Shown: one piece after another, positions 42,344 through 50,652 of the stretch
Position numbering within the stretch: the stretch's first letter is position 1
Layout: each line of letters opens with the position of its first letter
From: a virus
Virus record (IMG/VR): IMGVR_UViG_3300045988_082950
Coordinates: 1 to 59,926 of that record
Direction: 5' to 3' (one strand)
DNA length: 59,926 nt
Made by a program: the position numbers and the translations under genes
Notes under the pieces: model-generated
The model's input: the letters and a program-made list of their open reading frames with translations, nothing else
The model's database searches: none
What the model was told of the DNA's origin: nothing

Positions 42344-42934
42344 TTATTTTTCTTTTTTTGATTCCCATAAGTCATCATATTCTCCTACGTAATGCTTTTC
42401 TGTTAACCCATCTCTAAATACTATTTCAGATAGCGTTTCTCCCTTGTGATTTCTAATATCAGCTCTTTTCTGTGTTAACAAATCAACTTTATTTTTGTAA
42501 GTCTTTATGTTGTTTGACTTTAAAAATTCCTTAAAGAAAGCAGAGTCTGTCATTTTTGTTTTTTCACCTAGATTAAGTAAATTATGGCATTCTTTTCTTC
42601 CTATCTTTCCCTTTAGATAATCCCATAAAATTATCTCGTAGTTTTTTGGAAGTTCTTTTCTGTGCCTGCCCTTATTGTATGATTTTACTTGCCTTACAAG
42701 GCTTGCGTTATGTACGCATTTATGACAGCTTACGCAAAGAGGAACAATATTACTAATTTTATTTGTACCGCCAAATATGAGAGGCACAATATGATGATAT
42801 TCAATATATTGTTTACTCCCGCAATTACAACATTCGTTTCCAAGTTTTTCTTTGAGTTCTTTTTTAAATGTTTTTCTATTAAACTCCGTTTTTAATTTTT
42901 TGTAATTTTCTGGTCTCTCAATGTTTTCATTCAT
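42344..42934 (-). CDS. HNH endonuclease
   Basis: CCNCGSKQYIEYHHIVPLIFGGTNKISNIVPLCVSCHKCVH. Confidence 0.85.
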   Translation of the reverse strand: MNENIERPENYKKLKTEFNRKTFKKELKEKLGNECCNCGSKQYIEYHHIVPLIFGGTNKISNIVPLCVSCHKCVHNASLVRQVKSYNKGRHRKELPKNYEIILWDYLKGKIGRKECHNLLNLGEKTKMTDSAFFKEFLKSNNIKTYKNKVDLLTQKRADIRNHKGETLSEIVFRDGLTEKHYVGEYDDLWESKKEK

Positions 42935-43132
42935 TTTTTCAGTTCCTCTAACAGGCTTTTTTGTTTTTAAAAAAATTTTTCATACTTAGAGGCGGTCAGT
43001 CTGCTTGTTTTATAAACCCCCTCCCCCCAGTTTCAAAAATCATACAAAAAATCAACTATTCGCAAAACCACTGTTTTGTAAACAATTAACATATGTTCGA
43101 TAAAACCTTGAAGCCCTTATAAACACTGCATT

Positions 43133-43894
43133 CTAGCCGTTTTCCTTATCTTCCAGTACTGCATTGTTATCCTGTATCTGTCCAATAGTGCCATTAATTG
43201 CACCGAGTCGAGGTAGTTCTGCTGCTGTTTTTATTGCTCTTATAGTTTCCTGCTGTATCATACGGCGTGGCTCATACAGTTTGCCCAACTCATCCTCGTT
43301 GTTAGCTCTTAACGCATGACCCATTGTGTCATTGCTTAATCCGTTAGTATTTGAGTCCTGCATCTCTTCCTGTAATTTTTTCTTAACGTCAAAGCGCAGA
43401 CGACTTGATTCATCGTTTCGGTTTACATACCCATTACCATAGTACTTAGTACATAACCCATTATTATTAATTATATATATATTATTGCACTCCATATCTA
43501 TATCATTTTGAGGTAACATAAATATATAACCGTTAGTGCTATTAGCTTTATGCCATAGGTCTATAGTAAATCTATTAATACCTGTTAGATTGCTAAACTG
43601 GTTATATTTAATAACTCCACCATAGCGCTTATTAAGCTTTATAAATACATCTACTACAGACTCTACAGACTCTACATCCCATGTCTTTAGCTTGGATTTG
43701 CAGTTATTAAATGTCGTATCGTTTTTGCCAGGCTCAAATACATCTTTGTATATGTCTGACCAAATAGAATCTATAATATCGGCTTTTCTCTTTTCCGGTG
43801 CGTTTTCCACGTCCAGATCTATATACATATCTTTAAACGCAATCTCTGTTAACTCTGCTAGAGATAATACATCTATGCTCTTTCTGTCCATGTT
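43133..43894 (-). CDS. hypothetical protein
   Basis: AGGAGGTG lies 5 nt before ATG 43894. Possible HTH (NLTGINRFTIDLWHK). Confidence 0.65.
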   Translation of the reverse strand, partial: NMDRKSIDVLSLAELTEIAFKDMYIDLDVENAPEKRKADIIDSIWSDIYKDVFEPGKNDTTFNNCKSKLKTWDVESVESVVDVFIKLNKRYGGVIKYNQFSNLTGINRFTIDLWHKANSTNGYIFMLPQNDIDMECNNIYIINNNGLCTKYYGNGYVNRNDESSRLRFDVKKKLQEEMQDSNTNGLSNDTMGHALRANNEDELGKLYEPRRMIQQETIRAIKTAAELPRLGAINGTIGQIQDNNAVLEDKENG

Positions 43895-44264
43895 TACACC
43901 TCCTAGAAAAAACAAAAAGCCCTTTAAACCAAATAGAAATACAAACACTGCATGTTATAAATACAGCATAAGTAAAACATATTTGCCTTAAAAGGCTTTT
44001 CTTGCGTATAAAACAGCTATTATAAGCTGTCCTGTAAATCTTAATCGTGTATAGCTCTCTAATGAGCTTATAAATATAATAAAGCAGTTTACGTAAAAAT
44101 GCAATAGGTTTTTAAAAAAAAATATCCAGCAGATCAACGGTTAGATATATCCGCAAAATGGAAATTTAAACCGATAAGGAAAATCTGTCTTTAAATCCAA
44201 AATTTAAAAACTGTTTTGCTCTTAACAGGAAAATTTTTGTTGTCTCGCGCGTATACGCGATATA

Positions 44265-44296
44265 TAACCTATACTAACCTTACCTAACCTATACTA
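44265..44296. repeat. phased direct repeats: TAACCTATACTA x2 (20-bp period), TAACCT x3 (10-bp period)
   Basis: Copies at 44265, 44275 and 44285, read directly from the sequence. Confidence 0.7.
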
Positions 44297-44371
44297 TACT
44301 ACGGATACAAGCTGTATACATTCTGTATCCAAAACGGTTAAATCGGTTAAAATTTGGAAACATTTACAGGT

Positions 44372-44932
44372 TTAAAACGGTGGTTCATCTGGTAGTTGTA
44401 TGTCTCCTAGAGTTGGCTCTTGCTCTACATGCTTAATAATACATGTCTTCCTTGCGTTTATCTCTTCTTGTAGCTTCAATAGCCGCATACGGTTGTCTGT
44501 CTCTTCCTCTTCTGTCGCTATATGCTTCTTAAATGCCCTAGAATCAATTTTAATATCGTTGTCGATAATTTTATCGTCAAATTCATTTTCATTCGTCCTA
44601 GACGATTCTGTGACGTTTGGACGGTATTCTGTATTGTTTGCCAGTCTTCTGTTTATTTCCTCTTGCGTCATTTCTCTTATGTTGATTTCTTCTTGTTCCG
44701 TAGGTAAAGATATATTATTAATATCTATATGCGTATTATTCTCTACTTGCTTTAGCTTTTCTAGCACGCATGTATTAATAAATCCATTAACTGTAAAACC
44801 ACTTCTTGTTATTCTTTCTTTAGTTCCCTTCGGAAGCCTACAGGAAACATTATCCCATGTTTCTTTAGCACGTTCATTTTGATTTTTCGCTCTTTCTCTT
44901 GCTTTTTCCGCTATTTCTTTGCTTGTTTTCAT
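44372..44932 (-). CDS. ribbon-helix-helix domain protein with acidic C-terminus ending ..PDEPPF
   Basis: NVSCRLPKGTKERITRSGFTVNGFINTCVLEKL fits a beta-strand plus two helices (RHH). AGGAGGT upstream. Confidence 0.65.
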   Translation of the reverse strand: MKTSKEIAEKARERAKNQNERAKETWDNVSCRLPKGTKERITRSGFTVNGFINTCVLEKLKQVENNTHIDINNISLPTEQEEINIREMTQEEINRRLANNTEYRPNVTESSRTNENEFDDKIIDNDIKIDSRAFKKHIATEEEETDNRMRLLKLQEEINARKTCIIKHVEQEPTLGDIQLPDEPPF

Positions 44933-44958
44933 GTTTTTTACCTCCTGATTTTAAAATA

Positions 44959-45044
44959 ATTATACAATAGTTAATTGCAATAGTCAACTGCAATAATCAA
45001 TTAAATATAAATCATTAAGCGCACGCAATACATAATTGCAATAG
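44959..45044 (-). promoter_or_regulatory. promoter TTGACT-17-TATAAT embedded in five TATTGCA/G-type repeats
   Basis: On the minus strand: TTGACT (44982-87), a 17-nt spacer, TATAAT (44959-64). ATTGCAAT palindromes lie at 44974-81 and 45035-42, with related copies near 44965, 44990 and 45025. Confidence 0.6.
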
Positions 45045-45108
45045 ATAATTGCTTTAAATATGTATAATGCAAACAAAAAGCACCCTGTCGGATGCTCTTG
45101 CAAATCTT

Positions 45109-45906
45109 TTAAATATGTGGGTCGTATCTTGGAATCGTGTCCATGTCTATAATCTGTACTTGTCCTTTATCGTCCAACTTAAATGCAAACATTATACCGC
45201 CCGTGATCGTTACGTCTGGCATATCTCCATTTTTAACAGGTAATACGTTGTTATCCCAAAGATACAGCGTATTATATCCATGTCTATACATGCCCTTTAG
45301 GATGTCGTAAAAGATTTTAATTTGTACGCCTTGTTCCCGACTAACCAGATATATATTACGTTGGCTGGTCATGTAAGGTTTTTTAGGGTTTATGCTGTAC
45401 CCAATCGGCGCTCCAACGTCCTGCCCTTTGCTATATTTGGTTTTGCTTATGCTCTTATCGTACCAATTAGTAAGCCCAGCTGTTCGGTATTCCTCTGCTG
45501 TACCGGGAAAGAATATCTTTACAAGTCCTTTATGTTCTAGCCCGAATGCTTTTATATTCTCTCTTACAAAATCCCTGTACCACTCTTTATCCTCTGGTAG
45601 CTCTAATACATCGTAATAATTATAAGTGTCTTCCATAGTTAATTTTTGCGTGTTTTTGCAAAAGAATGTATAAATATTATTACTGGTAATTAACTTGCTT
45701 GCTACAGGTTTATTCATGGACACAAGACCGCTGTAGTAGTCCATACTGCGATACTTTCTGTTAAATTTCATTCTGCGCTCGTTTATTACAATATAGGTTT
45801 TATCCGGATTGACTATTACATAATTACCTACTATTGGCTTATGCCAAGATAACGCCAATTCTTCCAGTTTATCTGACCCGATCATGTCTATTGCTTGATG
45901 TATCAT
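45109..45906 (-). CDS. hypothetical protein
   Basis: 265 aa. GAGGAG lies 5 nt upstream. No motif recognised. Confidence 0.7.
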   Translation of the reverse strand: MIHQAIDMIGSDKLEELALSWHKPIVGNYVIVNPDKTYIVINERRMKFNRKYRSMDYYSGLVSMNKPVASKLITSNNIYTFFCKNTQKLTMEDTYNYYDVLELPEDKEWYRDFVRENIKAFGLEHKGLVKIFFPGTAEEYRTAGLTNWYDKSISKTKYSKGQDVGAPIGYSINPKKPYMTSQRNIYLVSREQGVQIKIFYDILKGMYRHGYNTLYLWDNNVLPVKNGDMPDVTITGGIMFAFKLDDKGQVQIIDMDTIPRYDPHI

Positions 45907-45966
45907 TTTTTCTCCTCACGCAAAGAAACCGCATACAATTACGGTTTCTTTGCTATATAGCTTGTT

Positions 45967-46311
45967 TTAAATCAAATAAATATCTGTTATCTCCACAACA
46001 GCATCTCTTAATGTTTCTGCGGCTTCGTCCAAATTTGTATATTCTTCGTATTTTCCGATTTTTGGTTCTACCTTTTCACAGCATTCTACGATTTTAAACA
46101 AGTAGTTAATGCCGTCCATTTCGTTTACCATGTAAGAGCTACTATACTCTTCTCCGACATGGTAATTATATGGGTCTATGCCTGTTTCACTTTCGCCATC
46201 CCAGACATCCCAAAGTCTTACAACATCCCCAACCTCTAAATCTGGGATAGTTGTATCTGTACGCTCGCTCTCCTCGATTAACTGCATTGCTCTCTTTACT
46301 GTTTCATTCAT
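45967..46311 (-). CDS. hypothetical acidic protein
   Basis: 114 aa, rich in D/E. AGGAGG upstream. Confidence 0.7.
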   Translation of the reverse strand: MNETVKRAMQLIEESERTDTTIPDLEVGDVVRLWDVWDGESETGIDPYNYHVGEEYSSSYMVNEMDGINYLFKIVECCEKVEPKIGKYEEYTNLDEAAETLRDAVVEITDIYLI

Positions 46312-46377
46312 AATCTTTTTCCTCCTAATTTTAAATTTTTATTGACTAATCAAACCAATTATAATACTATATATACA

Positions 46378-46494
46378 TAGCTTTGCTATTGCGTAGCATC
46401 CATGATGTGCTACACAGTCGTTTCCGTCAACGGGGAAACGTTGGATTGAAACAATATTTTTTAGAAATTGGTACAGACTAGTCTGTACCTTTTT
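46378..46494 (+). ncRNA. candidate small RNA carrying a solitary CRISPR repeat (promoter 46342-46370, terminator 46470-46494)
   Basis: TTGACT-17-TACTAT, a 5' hairpin GTAGCA/TGCTAC (46393-46413), the repeat, then GGTACAGAC-TA-GTCTGTACC followed by TTTTT. The 5' end is estimated. Confidence 0.5.
46417..46452 (+). CRISPR. solitary type I-C-like CRISPR repeat unit (single copy, no array)
   Basis: GTCGTTTCCGTCAACGGGGAAACGTTGGATTGAAAC has 5' GTCG, a GTTTCC/GGAAAC stem and a 3' GGATTGAAAC handle, as in I-C repeats (GTCGC..stem..GTGGATTGAAAC). Confidence 0.6.
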
Positions 46495-46800
46495 CTATTC
46501 CATGCAGCCATCTTTTAAAAACTTGAATCCGGCTGGATTTTCTTCTATTAGTCCTTCATCTTCGAGCGACTCTAAACATTTGCTGTAGAAATAATTTAAG
46601 TTTTCCTCCCATGTCCCTGTCATCCATTTGGAATGAGTAATTTTAAATTCAGCGAATACATTATATTCTGGATATTTTTTGTCAGAAAAGCTAATAGGCT
46701 CTGAATAAATGTTACCAGAACTTACAAAAGCATATATTTTTGTAGTTGTCTTGCTTTCTTTTTTGATATCCTTGTCTAAATCAATTACATATTTTCTCAT
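46495..46800 (-). CDS. hypothetical protein
   Basis: 101 aa. AGAGGAGA lies 8 nt upstream. Confidence 0.7.
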   Translation of the reverse strand: MRKYVIDLDKDIKKESKTTTKIYAFVSSGNIYSEPISFSDKKYPEYNVFAEFKITHSKWMTGTWEENLNYFYSKCLESLEDEGLIEENPAGFKFLKDGCME

Positions 46801-46840
46801 AGTTTCCGTCTCCTCTCTTTGTTTCCTGTTCCTTGACTAT

Positions 46841-46889
46841 AATATAGCATATTAGTGCTTAATTGTCAATACTTAATTAGTGCTTAATT
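46841..46889 (-). promoter_or_regulatory. promoter TTGACA-17-TATATT with two TTAGTGCTTAA operators
   Basis: -35 at 46864-69 and -10 at 46841-46 (minus strand). 11-mers at 46852-62 (in the spacer) and 46877-87. Confidence 0.65.
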
Positions 46890-46893
46890 CAAA

Positions 46894-47091
46894 TTATTTT
46901 TTCATTTTGTCCATTCTTGCCAGTTCTTCTAATATTAACTGTCTCGCAAATGCGCTTGTTTTTAATCCATATGCATTTATTCTGTCTACTGTGCCTTGCG
47001 GTAATATTATGTTTATTCTGTCTCTGCTTTCCATACATTTTTTTACTGCTTGCCTGTTTTTTAGTGCTTTTTCATTTTCCGTTACTGACAT
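46894..47091 (-). CDS. ribbon-helix-helix (CopG/Arc-like) transcriptional regulator
   Basis: 65 aa. INIILPQGTVDRINAYGLKTSAFARQLILEEL fits an RHH. AAAGGAGG upstream. Confidence 0.75.
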   Translation of the reverse strand: MSVTENEKALKNRQAVKKCMESRDRINIILPQGTVDRINAYGLKTSAFARQLILEELARMDKMKK

Positions 47092-47123
47092 GATTCAAAC
47101 CTCCTTTGCATTGTTATAACTAC

Positions 47124-47255
47124 ATTATATATATTAGTGCTTAAATAGTCAATAACTTTTTAGTGCTTAATAATGATGCACAATTTCTGATATAATATTA
47201 GTGCTTAATTTTGTGTGTTTTGTCAATATACATTAGTGCTTAATTTATGTATAAT
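47124..47255. promoter_or_regulatory. divergent promoters, each with TTAGTGCTTAA in the spacer plus an upstream copy
   Basis: Minus strand: TTGACT (47147-52), 17 nt, TATAAT (47124-29). Plus strand: TATACA (47227-32), 17 nt, TATAAT (47250-55). 11-mers at 47134, 47159, 47198 and 47233. Confidence 0.65.
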
Positions 47256-47294
47256 ACAAGTATCAAATGAAACACAGAAAGAGAGGACGACAAC

Positions 47295-47684
47295 ATGAGA
47301 ATAGTAAAAATTGAAAACAACAAAATTTATAGCACTTCTACACTTTGTGAAAAAACTGATATTTTTGAAATCGTGGAAAAAATTCCTGTCGGCTTTTTCG
47401 TATGGAATATCGGTGAAAACATGGGAACACATGAATATATTCCAGTTTGCGAAGATTTACACCCAGAAGACAAAGACAATTACGAGATCAACACGGCAAC
47501 ACTTAAAGCCGTAAAAGTTGCACCGGATGAATGGGAAAAATTCAACAAAGCGGCATCTTGGGGAGTTGGAAACCTCAAGCAAGCAGAAAAAGCCTTAAAG
47601 AGCAAACGCCACAGCTACACGTCCGAAAGAAAAAGAGCTGCCGCAGAACTCACAATTGAAATTTTCCGCAGAATTTGCGAATAG
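47295..47684 (+). CDS. hypothetical protein
   Basis: 129 aa. AGAGAGGA lies 7 nt upstream. Confidence 0.7.
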   Translation: MRIVKIENNKIYSTSTLCEKTDIFEIVEKIPVGFFVWNIGENMGTHEYIPVCEDLHPEDKDNYEINTATLKAVKVAPDEWEKFNKAASWGVGNLKQAEKALKSKRHSYTSERKRAAAELTIEIFRRICE

Positions 47685-47774
47685 CCGAAACGCTCCGATT
47701 TTGGAGCGTCAGCCGTGGGATGGTCTCCCGGCTCTGATGATGGCAGACCAGAAAACGAAAGAGAGGTTTTGAAC

Positions 47775-48014
47775 ATGGAAAAATTAAAGAGATTGCAGAA
47801 AAAGTTATCTGGATGTGGATATGATGCAGAATTAATTACTGTTTACAACCGCAACGGATCCGGTGAAAACGTTCCAGCATTGCGTATAAGCACAGACTAC
47901 GAAGGACAGTACCCAACTAAGGAGACGCACACGAAGATAAACGAGATTAGAAAATTGTGTAAAAATCACGTTACAGAATGTCGTGGATTTTATACCGCTG
48001 TATTTATTTACTAA
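47775..48014 (+). CDS. hypothetical protein
   Basis: ATG 47775 follows AGAGAGG. The track ORF extends to 47715. Confidence 0.6.
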   Translation: MEKLKRLQKKLSGCGYDAELITVYNRNGSGENVPALRISTDYEGQYPTKETHTKINEIRKLCKNHVTECRGFYTAVFIY

Positions 48015-48210
48015 ATGCGAATAGTCGAAACTAATAAACCCAAGTGTTATACAGGAATTAGAAAACAGCGGATATTCTGTATATTATTCGGATGCCTGCG
48101 AACTAGGCACAAAATACGACTATAGCAGTCGTAAAGAATACAAGATAAATATTTAGAACGATTTTATAAATTACTGGGGTAAGAAAAAGAATATTTAAGG
48201 AGGATAAAAA

Positions 48211-48570
48211 ATGGGCGTATTATTAGCAAATGAAGAAAAGGAAGTTTACAGCGCATACGGCATGACAGTATATTGCGTGGAAAATGAAAACATATGGTTG
48301 AAAAACCATGATACAGTGTATACTGCTATCAGAATTGAAAAAGCGGGAGAAGATATAGTTGATATTGGTCTGGATATTAACTATATAGATAAGCGCAATT
48401 TTGAAAAATCAATAGATAATTTCCTTTGGTGGATTAATGAGGATAATCCTGGGAAAAGCTATACAGAAAGTGCCGTGTATGCGTGGCTCGCAGAATGTAA
48501 TACTTTCCTGAACTATCGCATAGAATCACGTAAGAAATACGGTAACAAGTCAATCTACAGCCCCATGTAA
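48211..48570 (+). CDS. hypothetical protein
   Basis: 119 aa. AAGGAGG upstream. Confidence 0.7.
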   Translation: MGVLLANEEKEVYSAYGMTVYCVENENIWLKNHDTVYTAIRIEKAGEDIVDIGLDINYIDKRNFEKSIDNFLWWINEDNPGKSYTESAVYAWLAECNTFLNYRIESRKKYGNKSIYSPM

Positions 48571-48604
48571 TAGTGGGGCTTTTGCCATATAAGGAGGTGG
48601 GCGA

Positions 48605-48772
48605 ATGACAGCAAAAGACTTTTATTTGTACCATAAATCACTTTTTGATAACTGGATTTATGGGGATATCGTGCAAGTATGGGATGATGCAGGGGGCAAC
48701 ACTTGCATCAAATACCAGTCTGGAAACTGGTTTCACTACAAAGTCGCAAATGATCATATAGTGTTTTGGTAA
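48605..48772 (+). CDS. hypothetical small protein (55 aa)
   Basis: AAGGAGGTG precedes ATG 48605. Reads MTAKDFYLYHKSLFDNWIYGDIVQVWDDAGGNTCIKYQSGNWFHYKVANDHIVFW. A hairpin plus T-run follows. Confidence 0.5.
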   Translation: MTAKDFYLYHKSLFDNWIYGDIVQVWDDAGGNTCIKYQSGNWFHYKVANDHIVFW

Positions 48773-49335
48773 AGGGTGGGAAATTTCCATCCTTTTTCCA
48801 GTTCCATGTTACCGTACAGGGCTATGTGTGCGTTATACGTCCATGTAACCGTATGCAGTAACCGTACCTTGACAAGAACATAAAACAGGCGTAGAGTGTT
48901 TATAACTATATCCGTGCTATAAGTGTGCCATGTAAGTTTTAAACTTCCTTACAGTGGCTTACAATGCGTTATATTGGTATATCTGTTATGTGACTATGAT
49001 TTACAGCAAACAGATACACGCACTTTAGCATTATAAAGTTTTGCATCAATTTTTGGTCGAAATCTTCCAAAGATTGCACATAAAGTTGGTCACGTTTCTG
49101 ATCTGGTTTTTCCAGTCCAAAAACACCATAGGGGGGCATCAAAATTTTTCCGAATGTTGCGGAAAATCAGAACAAAATTTTGCTTCAAAACCGTTCTGAA
49201 AATCCCAGTAAGAAAAGTACCCCAGGGGCGGTCAAATTTGTTTCAGAATATTTTTTTCTCATAGAGATTTTTAGGTACACATCTTTTTTCAACATTTTTC
49301 TGTGGAAATTTGAAATTTCTTTGCAAAAATCAATC

Positions 49336-49659
49336 TCAAATTGCATTAGTACGCAACTTTGCCAGCAAATCATCTAACAGATATATTATCTCTTTCCCAT
49401 AATCAGCCATGAAATTACACAACCGTTCTTCCAAATCTATAGGTATAGACACATCATGCGAAAAGCACATGACATGAGTTAGTTCATGGCAGATTACACG
49501 TTCTGTCATGTATGCAGACATACCGCTTGCGATTGATACTGTCTTAGTGTTGTTGTCTGTAACGCCAAATGTGTACGCTCCGTCACTACGCTGTAAGTCT
49601 TGGCTATTGGCAGGAACAAAAGCTAATTTCCATGTCTGACCGTTTACCGTAAAATACAT
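49336..49659 (-). CDS. small HExxH protein (putative Zn-metallopeptidase-like)
   Basis: ICHELTHVMCF. Same size and layout as 29482-29799. TAGGAG upstream. Confidence 0.6.
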   Translation of the reverse strand: MYFTVNGQTWKLAFVPANSQDLQRSDGAYTFGVTDNNTKTVSIASGMSAYMTERVICHELTHVMCFSHDVSIPIDLEERLCNFMADYGKEIIYLLDDLLAKLRTNAI

Positions 49660-49719
49660 AAAATCAACTCCTATCCAAAAACCGCCAGCTTTTTACGGTT
49701 GGCGGTTTCTTTTACACTA

Positions 49720-50412
49720 TTATAATTTTCCACTTTCCTTTAAGGATTTTTCGGCACATTCCAAATATTTGTCTGCGCACTCTGATAATTCAGGGAAGTA
49801 ACTAATCATGTCCATGGAATATCTTGGTGGATATCCCTTTTCCTGTTCATAGATAGCGGCGGCTTCATCAAGGTCGTATTCTTCTCCAACAAACAACAGG
49901 ATTCTATGATACAACTGTGATTTTTTACCGTGTATTGCCTGGACTATCCTTTCAATCCTGCGCTGATTCCTTGCATACCATGTAGGTGTCTTTGGCACAG
50001 GTGTCATGCTGACATGATAGTTGCAATCCTCTATCTTTGGTTCTGCTGTTTCCATCTGATTCTTGACCGCAAAGTAAGAGTTTACCAGTTGCCGCTGTAC
50101 TTCCCATGCTAAATCATCCGTAAAAACTTTTACTATCATGAGATATCCGCTTTCTGTAAAGAGATATGTTTTCATATTGGGATTTCCGACTATTTTTTCG
50201 TTGGGGGAATATCGTTCCCCTAACTCTTTTCTTGTAATTTCAAAGTAATCCGTTCCAAGTATAAAATGACTCTTATGCTTTTGAAATGACTTCTTTGCCG
50301 TATCGGATTTTTTATGATGAACCCTGTCAATATCTTTCATAGTGACAACTCTCATACCGTTATATTCTTTGATTGCCATTTCTGTATTTTCAATCTTTAC
50401 AAGTTCTGCCAT
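49720..50412 (-). CDS. ORF6N-domain antirepressor-like protein (second copy)
   Basis: IKEYNGMRVVTMKDIDRVHHKKSDTAKKSFQKHKSHFILGTDYF...GYLMIVKVFTDDLAWEVQRQLVNSYF. Confidence 0.75.
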   Translation of the reverse strand: MAELVKIENTEMAIKEYNGMRVVTMKDIDRVHHKKSDTAKKSFQKHKSHFILGTDYFEITRKELGERYSPNEKIVGNPNMKTYLFTESGYLMIVKVFTDDLAWEVQRQLVNSYFAVKNQMETAEPKIEDCNYHVSMTPVPKTPTWYARNQRRIERIVQAIHGKKSQLYHRILLFVGEEYDLDEAAAIYEQEKGYPPRYSMDMISYFPELSECADKYLECAEKSLKESGKL

Positions 50413-50423
50413 ATTAGTTCCCC

Positions 50424-50639
50424 CTATTCAAACATTCCTCCATGAAACCAAATGAAAAATTCAACCGGCTCCATTTGGTGCTCGTCTAAAATTTCTATAT
50501 ATCCCTTAATGTGTTTCCCTTTTTCTGTTCTCCCCTCTAATTTTCTTAAAAGGTTTTTATGTTGCATTCCCATCATATCTGCAATATCTAAAGTAGATAT
50601 TGTGTATTCTTCGTTGCTAACTGTGATTTCTTTATTCAT
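50424..50639 (-). CDS. Rha-like regulatory protein N-terminal fragment-sized ORF
   Basis: ISTLDIADMMGMQHKNLLRKLEG resembles the Rha family N-terminus. Only 71 aa. Confidence 0.5.
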   Translation of the reverse strand: MNKEITVSNEEYTISTLDIADMMGMQHKNLLRKLEGRTEKGKHIKGYIEILDEHQMEPVEFFIWFHGGMFE

Positions 50640-50652
50640 AAATGCGCCCCCA

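Noticed and set aside
45109-45906. A Cas8c/Csd1-like protein next to the I-C-like repeat
   Set aside because: The only resemblance I could point to was a vague N-terminal similarity. The hallmark N-terminal pattern I recall for Csd1 proteins is absent, so no claim is made.
46417-46452. A CRISPR array
   Set aside because: Only one repeat copy is present, with no second repeat or spacer periodicity nearby and no cas genes. It is kept as a solitary repeat unit instead.
49180-49377. Two mutually overlapping ORFs (65 aa plus, 62 aa minus)
   Set aside because: Neither has an RBS, both are low in complexity, and they lie in an AT-rich non-coding gap.
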